The notes beneath the pieces were generated by a model. The model was not told where the DNA came from. It ran no database searches and worked only from the letters and a program-made list of their open reading frames with translations. A program made the position numbers and the translations under genes. From NCBI GenBank assembly GCA_016926395.1, contig JAFGOT010000012.1, forward strand, positions 1 through 43,595: 43,595 nt of DNA. The letters are read 5' to 3'. The stretch comes from Candidatus Woesearchaeota archaeon. GTDB lineage: Archaea; Nanobdellota; Nanobdellia; Woesearchaeales; SKGA01. Positions 36,303-43,595 of this stretch are shown piece after piece (the stretch's first letter is position 1; the number at the start of each line of letters is the position of its first letter).

Positions 36303-37032
36303 TTCTTATCACCGTTCCAATAAATTCAGTTTGTTTTAACATTTTTTCAAACTCTTCTTTTTGGCCAACATAAAGAGTGAAATTATTTATTTTTTGAGAA
36401 ATCTCAAGACCTAATTTAGCCGCAGGAGGGTCCATAGGATAATTTCCTCCAGGAATAAAAGTATCACCAACTAAATCAACAATTCCTTGCCAAGAAATAC
36501 CAGATATGTTTTCATAGGTATCAACCAAAACAGAATTAAACTCAGTCGGTTTAACATTTAACACAACAGGAAAATTAGATATTTTATAAGCAGTTTCTGC
36601 ACCAAAGTTCTGAGCTAAACGCATCATGCAAAAATCAGTCGTAACACCTGGTTTAAAACCACTAGCAATAAACACCCTATGTTTTGTGTTAGGAATTATC
36701 TCAGGATTATCAATATACTCCCCATAAACAATATCATCACCAAGATATTCAATAAGTGAAGAAATTACTTTTCTTGCATTAACTTTAGTAATTGCAATGC
36801 CCACTTCATCATTAGCAACATCAATTTCACAAGAAGAGAGATTAGCATCAACTAAAAGTGGACGAATAGAACTAGTCACTCTACGGCAAAGTTTTCCACC
36901 GCCAATTATAAGAACAAACCTCAGGTCTTGATATTCTCGCAATATATCTGAAAGTTCAGTCATCGCTCTTTGATCATAAGCATCACCAGGAATAACAATA
37001 CTCCCCCCATAAGCTACCACACACGTTTTCAT
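36295..37032 (-). CDS. pyrH: UMP kinase, archaeal type
   Basis: YGGS, IGGGKLCR, GFKPGVTTD, GTVI. Confidence 0.85.
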   Translation of the reverse strand: MKTCVVAYGGSIVIPGDAYDQRAMTELSDILREYQDLRFVLIIGGGKLCRRVTSSIRPLLVDANLSSCEIDVANDEVGIAITKVNARKVISSLIEYLGDDIVYGEYIDNPEIIPNTKHRVFIASGFKPGVTTDFCMMRLAQNFGAETAYKISNFPVVLNVKPTEFNSVLVDTYENISGISWQGIVDLVGDTFIPGGNYPMDPPAAKLGLEISQKINNFTLYVGQKEEFEKMLKQTEFIGTVIRNG

Positions 37033-37107
37033 AGTGAAAAGACAATCAGAATAATTTTATAAGGCTTTGGAATAAATATATAAATTAACAAACATAAAAA
37101 TAAATAT

Positions 37108-37458
37108 ATGAAAAGAATATTAACAGGAATATCTGCAATTTTATCATTATTAGTTGCAGCATTATTATGGCCTTGGCAATGGTTAGCCTTAATCGCAATG
37201 ATTGGTGTTAGCATAATTCTTCTTTACAAATCAACCAGATCTGAAAGAAAATTATTTGCTATTTGTTCAATAGCAGGTGCAGGATCTGAAGTTTTTGCAA
37301 TAATACTTGGTTCATGGACATATACAAACCCGACATTCATAATTCCTTTATGGCTAATCCCTCTTTGGGGAATAGCATCAGTTTTTATGTCGAGAACAAG
37401 AATAGAAATTGAAGAGTTTGAAAAAAATAAAAATAAGAAATCCAAATCTAAAAAATAA
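37108..37458 (+). CDS. Small multi-TM protein (DUF2878-like)
   Basis: GSEVFAIILGSWTY...IPLWLIPLWG. Confidence 0.7.
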   Translation: MKRILTGISAILSLLVAALLWPWQWLALIAMIGVSIILLYKSTRSERKLFAICSIAGAGSEVFAIILGSWTYTNPTFIIPLWLIPLWGIASVFMSRTRIEIEEFEKNKNKKSKSKK

Positions 37459-37501
37459 TCATTCTTTGTTCAAATAAAATAGAAGACTTGAAAAAAAACG
37501 A

Positions 37502-37690
37502 GGATGTGCTAAAAACACAGCGCACATCCCCATCGGTATTAACCGTTGTTATTGACCCCCAACGAACAGCAAAAGTTTAAACAAACTTTTGAGCATTGCA
37601 AAAGCAATACAACAAAAATCTATAAAAACTTTTGAGTTGCGAACAAATTCGCGATAACACCAAATCTGACCGAAGTCAGAAACAAGGTGT
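37502..37690 (-). ncRNA. Candidate structured RNA: six hairpins including a cUUCGg tetraloop, ending in a terminator-like hairpin plus U-run
   Basis: Inverted repeats at 37502-37529, 37534-37545, 37571-37590, 37595-37608, 37639-37652 and 37657-37690. Confidence 0.4.
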
Positions 37691-37702
37691 GTAACCAGGA
37701 TG

Positions 37703-38161
37703 TTAATGAAGGAATTCTCTATCGATGCTTTCCATGTATTCACGAGTTCTTTCAATGATTGAATGCAAATAATATCTTTCCAAAACGTTGGTGAAGATTT
37801 CTGAAAATGTTCCATTCTCAGTTATTCGGTATTGTGCTTTGACCTTTTCAATTAAGAAAAGTTCACGACATCTTAGCAATTGACGCCGTATGTTAGATGG
37901 CGCTATACCAAGCAAAGGAACGCCGTGTTCTTTACGGTTTTCTACAACCATCTCCTCGACGTCTTTACTTGACAAAGGACCTTTGTTTTTAAGCATGACA
38001 TGCAACACATCAACGACCACATCACGTGAATCTCCAGGTTGCAATAAACCAAGAGTAAGACATAACTTACGAACAAGCTCTCGCCCAGAAAAAGAACTGG
38101 GTTTCTCATATTTACGCAAAGTTATCTCAGCCAATGGTGTATCTTTTGCAATAGTCCCCAT
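37703..38161 (-). CDS. Archaeal hypothetical protein, probable wHTH fold
   Basis: EITLRKYEKP, LGLLQPGDSRD, APSNIRRQL. Confidence 0.75.
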   Translation of the reverse strand: MGTIAKDTPLAEITLRKYEKPSSFSGRELVRKLCLTLGLLQPGDSRDVVVDVLHVMLKNKGPLSSKDVEEMVVENRKEHGVPLLGIAPSNIRRQLLRCRELFLIEKVKAQYRITENGTFSEIFTNVLERYYLHSIIERTREYMESIDREFLH

Positions 38162-38334
38162 CTATGTAATCCCCCAACTTAAAAATAAACTTCTTTATCC
38201 GCGAAGTTTCTTCTTTGTAAACAAACTTTAACAATTATCATTTAAAAATGTTTGTTTTTTTGCCTACATATTTTTATCAAAAGAAAATGTAAACATAGCA
38301 AATATTAAAAGGAATAAAGAAAATTACTTAACTC

Positions 38335-39138
38335 ATGTTTGACTTTTTTATAATACCATACATAAACATATTCGGATTTAAACTATATTATTATGGAATG
38401 GTTTATGCAGTAGGATTTTTAGCAGCATATTTCTATTTTAGATATCAAGCAAAAAGTAAAAGATTGGATTTGACGCTTGACCAAGTAGATACACTGATGA
38501 TTTATGTAATCATTGGAGGAATAATTGGTGGGAGATTAGGAGAATTTATTTTTTTCCAGCCAAGTGTTTTGATACACCACCCATTACAAGTGTTTTTAAT
38601 AAGGCAAGGGGGGATGAGTATTCATGGAGGAATACTAGGATTCTTAGGAGCAATATGGTTATTTAGAAGAAAACATAAAAATATTTCAACATATGAAGTG
38701 ACAGATAACGCAGTTATGATTGCGGCATTCACATTATTTTTTGGTAGAATTGCAAATTTTGTAAATGCAGAATTATGCGGAAGACCGACAAGCGTTTCAT
38801 GGGCAGTAAATTTACACAATCCACCTCTTTGCGATGGTTATCGTCACCCATCACAATTATATGAAGCAATAAAAAATTTATTCATAGGTTCTGTTTTAAT
38901 GTTTATTGAAAGCACTGAGAGAAAAACCAACAGGTACAAAGCAGGATTTAAAACATGGGTCTTCATACTTCTGTATGGTATTCTTAGAATAATTACTAAT
39001 TTTTGGCGAGATGATGTTCTTTGGTTTTTTGGAATATTAAGTACAGGGCAAGTACTAAGTTTAGCAATGGTAATAGTTGCAAGTTTTGTTTTGATAAAAT
39101 ATTACTGGTTACCTAATAAAAAAAATAAAAAATCATAA
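38335..39138 (+). CDS. lgt: Prolipoprotein diacylglyceryl transferase
   Basis: YYGMVY, GGRLG, GGMSIHGG, GRIANFVNAELCGR, HPSQLYE. Confidence 0.95.
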   Translation: MFDFFIIPYINIFGFKLYYYGMVYAVGFLAAYFYFRYQAKSKRLDLTLDQVDTLMIYVIIGGIIGGRLGEFIFFQPSVLIHHPLQVFLIRQGGMSIHGGILGFLGAIWLFRRKHKNISTYEVTDNAVMIAAFTLFFGRIANFVNAELCGRPTSVSWAVNLHNPPLCDGYRHPSQLYEAIKNLFIGSVLMFIESTERKTNRYKAGFKTWVFILLYGILRIITNFWRDDVLWFFGILSTGQVLSLAMVIVASFVLIKYYWLPNKKNKKS

Positions 39139-39320
39139 AGAATCAATACTCTTTAAAGGATAACCATTCAAATCCAAAATCTTATTAAACTTCCGAGCCA
39201 TCTTTTCACACAAAAGCTGGACCAAAATCGACTAAGTAAGTGCGCCGTTGGCAGCACAAAAAATCATAAAGAATCAATACTCTTTAAAGGATAACCATTC
39301 AAATCCAAAATCTTATTAAA
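39127..39320. repeat. Perfect 63-bp direct repeat (39127-39189 and 39258-39320) with a 68-bp unique spacer
   Basis: Base-by-base identity; the repeat encodes the 3' end of gene 39264-39542 and the lgt stop codon. Confidence 0.95.
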
Positions 39321-39542
39321 ATTCTGGGGACCACACTTCATACAGATAAAAAAAGGTCCGTATTTACCAATCTTAATATCAACCCAATCACCACAAATAC
39401 ATTTTAAATCTAGAAGTTCTTGAGTCTTATGAACATTACAAACAGGTACGCCTTGAGAATTGTTAGTGGTTGAAGTATCTCCACAAAAAGCACAAACATT
39501 TTGACGTGACTCGCCATAAACTTTCTTTCCTCTAAAAGCCAT
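39264..39542 (-). CDS. Small Cys-rich Zn-binding protein
   Basis: CAFC, CNVH, CIC and CMKC motifs. Confidence 0.75.
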   Translation of the reverse strand: MAFRGKKVYGESRQNVCAFCGDTSTTNNSQGVPVCNVHKTQELLDLKCICGDWVDIKIGKYGPFFICMKCGPQNFNKILDLNGYPLKSIDSL

Positions 39543-39639
39543 AAATTTGACGAAGAAATTAATCATTTATAAAATAAAAGGTTTTATAAAAAATAAAACA
39601 AATATTTTAAACAATAAAGCGTGTTTGAGGCAAGTATAA

Positions 39640-40215
39640 ATGGATTGGTTTAACTGGGTTATAATGCCCTTAATTATTTTCTGCGCAAGAATAATAGATA
39701 TGACTCTTGGAACAATGAGAATTATCGCAGTTAATAGAGGTTTAAAAAAAATAGCTCCATTAATTGGTTTCTTTGAAGTTATGACATGGATCGTTGTTGT
39801 GCGACAAGTAATAGTTGAAATGAATAATCCACTATGGTTTATTGCATATGGACTAGGATTTGCTGCAGGAAATTACGTAGGAATAACATTGTCTGAAAAA
39901 ATGTCAATGACAAATGTTATTATTAGGATAATGACGCAACAAGATAGCACCAAATTAGTAAAGAATCTTGAAAAAGAAGGATACAATATCACCATAACAA
40001 AAACACAATACAAAAATCACGAAGGAAGTATGTTATACACCAACATTCATTCAAGTGAACTTGAAGAAACAATCAAGATAATAAAAAAACACAACCCGAA
40101 TGCAGTATATAGTGTTGAAGACGTCAGGCAAGTTAGTAACGAATTATTTCCAACACACACTGTAAAGAAAAAAACATTTTTCGGAAATGGAAAACAACTC
40201 AACAAACACAAATAA
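39640..40215 (+). CDS. DUF2179/DUF5698 (YebE/UPF0316-like) membrane protein
   Basis: IFCARIIDMTLGTMR, GFFEV, YGLGFAAGNYVG. Confidence 0.85.
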   Translation: MDWFNWVIMPLIIFCARIIDMTLGTMRIIAVNRGLKKIAPLIGFFEVMTWIVVVRQVIVEMNNPLWFIAYGLGFAAGNYVGITLSEKMSMTNVIIRIMTQQDSTKLVKNLEKEGYNITITKTQYKNHEGSMLYTNIHSSELEETIKIIKKHNPNAVYSVEDVRQVSNELFPTHTVKKKTFFGNGKQLNKHK

Positions 40216-40274
40216 ATGAGAATAAAATGATATGTTGAATAAATTCAACATCAATTTTTTTCGGAGGAAAAAAA

Positions 40275-40943
40275 ATGATAGAAGTCCCAACTATAATAAT
40301 TAATTTCAAAACATACAATCAAGCATCAGGAATTGATGCAGTCAAACTAACAAAAGACTGTGCTGACATATCCAAAAAAACAAAAAAAAGCATAATAGTT
40401 TGTGCTCAAGCTCCAGACATAAATGCTTGTTCAAAAAATAAATTACCAGTATTTGCGCAACACGTAGATGTTTTTGAAGCAGGCGGACATACAGGAAAAA
40501 TAAATATAAAATCGTTAAAAGAAAACGGAGCAATGGGCTGTCTTGTAAACCACAGTGAAAATAGAATTTCATTTAAACAAATAATGCAAACAGTCGCACT
40601 TCTTGCAGAAGCAGAAATGGTTAGTGTTGTTTGTGTAAAAAATGCACGAGAAGCTAAACGAGTTGCAAAACTAAATCCAGATATTATCGCAATCGAACCT
40701 CCAAAATTAATTGGAGGAGATGTTTCTGTAACGAGGGCAAACCCAAATATTGTGAAAAAAAGTGTCGAAGCAGTAAAATCTGTAAGTGACAAAATTCCAG
40801 TTCTTTGCGGAGCAGGAGTTAAGAATTCTGATGATGTAAAAAAAGCAATAGAACTTGGCGCGATGGGAGTGTTAGTTGCAAGCGGAGTTACAAAAGCCGA
40901 CAATCAAAAAAGTGCAATTCTAGAACTTACAAAAGGAATTTAG
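40275..40943 (+). CDS. tpiA: Triosephosphate isomerase, archaeal type
   Basis: IINFKTY, QH, NHSE, AIEPPKLIG, LCGAGV, GVLVASG. Confidence 0.95.
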   Translation: MIEVPTIIINFKTYNQASGIDAVKLTKDCADISKKTKKSIIVCAQAPDINACSKNKLPVFAQHVDVFEAGGHTGKINIKSLKENGAMGCLVNHSENRISFKQIMQTVALLAEAEMVSVVCVKNAREAKRVAKLNPDIIAIEPPKLIGGDVSVTRANPNIVKKSVEAVKSVSDKIPVLCGAGVKNSDDVKKAIELGAMGVLVASGVTKADNQKSAILELTKGI

Positions 40944-41681
40944 TTATAGTTGAATTTTTCCTTGTTGCCAATCTTTTAGAATAATCTTAGCAGTAGTTAG
41001 GGTATCAGCATGACCGCCACTAATTTTTCTATTAAGTTTAAGAGCAATAAGTTCTAATAAATCCTCTTCACTTTGATTCTCATCAGTAATTCCATAATAG
41101 AAAAGAACAGGTTCTCTATGAATTACAAGAAGTTCATAAACGGCACCTTCAGGATCTTTAGTTTGTGTTGAAGAAGCAGTAATGGTTAATTTCTCAGAAA
41201 GTTTGTTATCATCACTAGCTAGAACACCAGGAGTATCAATAACCTTAATCTTGTTGTCAATTTTAATATTCTGTTTTCCCTTAGTATAACCACTTACAGG
41301 AGCAGTAGGAGCACTTCCACGACCCTTAAGAGCATTAATAACACTTGATTTCCCAGTATTAGGATAACCAACCACTCCAACAGTAACAGGCTCAACCTCT
41401 GCAAAACGAAGAATCATCCTACGAAGTAAAGTCATCCCATAAAATTTATGAGCAGAAACAAAAACACATGGAGCAAACTTTTTCTTGTAAGGCTCTAGTA
41501 AATCCTTATCTACAAGATCTGCTTTGTTAATAACAGTAATGAGAGTCTTACCGCTAGCTTTAACTTTACGTTCAATTTCAGAATTACGAGTTTGTTCGGG
41601 TAAACGTGCATCAATTACCATCAGAACAATATCTGATTGAGAAATGACAGAATCCACTATTTTCCAGAAATTAACTCCCAT
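40944..41681 (-). CDS. Circularly permuted GTPase (YlqF/RbgA family, ribosome biogenesis)
   Basis: DAR.P, NKAD (G4) preceding GYPNTGKS (G1) and DTPG (G3). Confidence 0.92.
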   Translation of the reverse strand: MGVNFWKIVDSVISQSDIVLMVIDARLPEQTRNSEIERKVKASGKTLITVINKADLVDKDLLEPYKKKFAPCVFVSAHKFYGMTLLRRMILRFAEVEPVTVGVVGYPNTGKSSVINALKGRGSAPTAPVSGYTKGKQNIKIDNKIKVIDTPGVLASDDNKLSEKLTITASSTQTKDPEGAVYELLVIHREPVLFYYGITDENQSEEDLLELIALKLNRKISGGHADTLTTAKIILKDWQQGKIQL

Positions 41682-41714
41682 AGCAAATACAAAATGAAGA
41701 ATTCTTTATAAACC

Positions 41715-42593
41715 TTATTTAGACTTATTGCTTGCAGGGTCAATATGAACAAAAACTCGATTGATTTCAGGGTGTTCTTGAATCTTATCCCTTAATTTTG
41801 AAGCAACATCATGAGATTTCTTAACAGTCATTAAAGGATTCATCATAACAACAATTTCAAGATTAATAGAATTACCAGCATAATGAGCCCTAATATCACC
41901 AACGCCCAGAACATTTGGAAACTTTTTTGCTTCACGCTTAACATGATCTAAAAATCTTTTAGAAGGAGCTTTTCCCATAAGCATATCAACATTTTTAATT
42001 CCAAGAAAATAAGCCGAATGAAATAACATTGCACCAAGACTGATTGCAACAACACTCTCAAACCAGAAAACACCAAACTCCGTTGAAATTACAGCAGCCA
42101 AAATAATAATAGACCTAACAACATCATTTCTTGCATCAATACCTAAAGCAGTAAGAGCGGGGCTGTTTAGTTTCTTTCCTTTATTTAAGAAAACAAAATA
42201 CATAACAAGTTTAACAAGCATCGCAACAATAACAATGAATAAAACAATAAAGGTTATGTGAGTTTGAGCAGGTTTAAAGAAACGTCTAAAACCAAGGACT
42301 ACAACTTGAAAACCAATAATTGCAGTAAACATCGCAACAATAAAACCCGCCAAGGGTTCAGCCCTATGATGTCCAAAAGGATGACACTTATCAGCAGGTT
42401 TATTTCCAGTTCTAACAGCAATCAAAATACCAACAGAGGTTAAAATATCACCTAAGGATTCTAATGCATCACTGATTAAAGCAACACTATTACTTATAAG
42501 ACCAGCAAAAAGTTTTCCAGCAAATAAAATAATATTAAGAAATAAGGCTCCAAGTGAAAATTGCTCATTAGCCTTCATCAGCTTTAACCTCAA
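41715..42593 (-). CDS. Cation diffusion facilitator family transporter
   Basis: SVALISDALES, HPFGHHRAE, DARND, VFVHIDP. Confidence 0.92.
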   Translation of the reverse strand: MRLKLMKANEQFSLGALFLNIILFAGKLFAGLISNSVALISDALESLGDILTSVGILIAVRTGNKPADKCHPFGHHRAEPLAGFIVAMFTAIIGFQVVVLGFRRFFKPAQTHITFIVLFIVIVAMLVKLVMYFVFLNKGKKLNSPALTALGIDARNDVVRSIIILAAVISTEFGVFWFESVVAISLGAMLFHSAYFLGIKNVDMLMGKAPSKRFLDHVKREAKKFPNVLGVGDIRAHYAGNSINLEIVVMMNPLMTVKKSHDVASKLRDKIQEHPEINRVFVHIDPASNKSK

Positions 42594-43315
42594 ATATTAA
42601 TAACAACCTTTTGACGCGCATCATAACGAGTTTCTTCACTTATTCGACAAGATTCCGCACCATTAGTTGTGCAACCACTAGGAGTAGCTTCACATTGATT
42701 ACCCAAACAAATATCAACATTAAAAATGTATTGACCGCCAAGAACTTTTTTATCTTTAGGAATATTAACTCCAATAGGCATAAATTTTCTATCATTAGGA
42801 TCTAATTCGAATTGAACTCCAGGCGCAGCAGAATCAACATCAGTAATAGGAATAATAACCCAATCGGAAGCACATTTTTCTAAATCACCAGCATTCTCAC
42901 AAATTGAAAATTTGTTAAAGTCTCCTTTTTTCATAAAGTCAAAAGGATCAAAAGGATCACAGCCACTAGTAATCATCGGATAACAACTCTCACCAGTAGG
43001 ATACGCGCTGCTTCCACCGTAAGTTACATGAACAGTAAAATTTTTTGGCTCAGGATGAATATTTGTAATACCTAAAGAAAACTCAGCCATTTCACCACGC
43101 TTTCCTTCAATAGTTTTTTGAGGAATAACAACAATCGAACCATCATCAAGAAGGGCATTAAGTCTTGCTTGTGTTTGAGAATCAACATTAGATCTCAAGT
43201 CTTGAGTTTTATCAAAAGCATTATAGAATAAATTCATACCAACCCCAAGCATCGCAATGCCAAGAATTATTACAACCAACATATTAATAGAAAGCTCAAA
43301 ACCTTTATTATTCAT
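42590..43315 (-). CDS. Class III signal peptide (pilin-like) protein, Cys-rich
   Basis: NKG|FELSINMLVVIILGIAMLGVG. Confidence 0.75.
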   Translation of the reverse strand: MNNKGFELSINMLVVIILGIAMLGVGMNLFYNAFDKTQDLRSNVDSQTQARLNALLDDGSIVVIPQKTIEGKRGEMAEFSLGITNIHPEPKNFTVHVTYGGSSAYPTGESCYPMITSGCDPFDPFDFMKKGDFNKFSICENAGDLEKCASDWVIIPITDVDSAAPGVQFELDPNDRKFMPIGVNIPKDKKVLGGQYIFNVDICLGNQCEATPSGCTTNGAESCRISEETRYDARQKVVINI

Positions 43316-43457
43316 TGTTCACACCTAAGAATGCTCAAAAATGAAATACATTTTTGGCACAAATAAAGAATTATAGTCAAACAAAACATTCAAAGCACAT
43401 TTAGTTTGAATAATTCTATTAATTTGAATAAAAAAAAGATGCTAAAAAAGCATCAAA

Positions 43458-43595
43458 CTATTGTTGTAAGAAATTGAACTCTCTTACCAAGACCATAGCA
43501 AATACAATCATAATAATCGCTCCAACACCAAGAACTGCAAATCCAAATGCAAAATCTTGAACAGAAGAAACAATCATATAAAGACCCATAGCCAT
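43458..43595 (-). CDS. Membrane protein, possibly truncated at the window edge
   Basis: Hydrophobic frame MAMGLYMIV...VLVREFNFLQQ* running from the window end. Confidence 0.55.
   Translation of the reverse strand: MAMGLYMIVSSVQDFAFGFAVLGVGAIIMIVFAMVLVREFNFLQQ

Noticed and set aside
37549-37815. 88-aa ORF as a real gene
   Set aside because: It overlaps the 3' end of gene 37703-38161 in another frame, has no recognisable motif, and runs through a hairpin-rich region better explained by RNA structure; not fully excluded.
39127-39320. Mini-CRISPR or transposon target-site duplication
   Set aside because: 63 bp is too long for either, there are only two copies, the repeat is coding sequence of the adjacent gene, and no terminal inverted repeats or transposase are present.
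43316-43457. Possible small ORF between the last two genes
   Set aside because: The longest open frame is preceded by an in-frame stop and lacks a convincing start; treated as intergenic.
1-43595. Alternative genetic code or selenocysteine/pyrrolysine read-through
   Set aside because: Conserved genes are full length in the standard code and all three stop codons terminate recognisable proteins; the two gene breaks are frame changes, not in-frame stops.

Overview
AT-rich archaeal chromosome segment, most consistent with a DPANN (Woesearchaeota-like) lineage. Archaeal information genes (TFB, Alba, S17e, Cbf5, archaeal TPI and UMP kinase) sit beside bacterial-type uvrA, uvrC and lgt and class III signal-peptide proteins; taxonomy is inferred from gene content only. 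The main discovery is a complete ~7.37-kb integrative element (14611-21997) in the 3' end of tRNA-Arg(UCG), bounded by a 17-bp direct repeat. Its SSV-type tyrosine integrase is split into intN (14603-14809, with a ribbon-helix-helix-like domain) and intC (21082-21981), which rejoin in frame into a 365-aa protein on circularisation. The cargo includes an overlapping gene pair encoding a minimal PolA/T7-RNAP-superfamily polymerase (482 aa) and a Zn-finger plus restriction-endonuclease-like protein (685 aa), a candidate undescribed replication or defence module, plus a lipoprotein operon, a wHTH regulator and an 11-bp periodic operator-like array. A second accessory tract (8516-14079) carries a split KAP NTPase and another frameshifted gene. 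Also noted: an 86-bp tandem repeat that copies the uvrA start, a 63-bp duplication of a gene 3' end next to lgt, a hairpin-dense candidate ncRNA (37502-37690), and a UvrC lacking its HhH domain. No CRISPR array or rRNA was seen.
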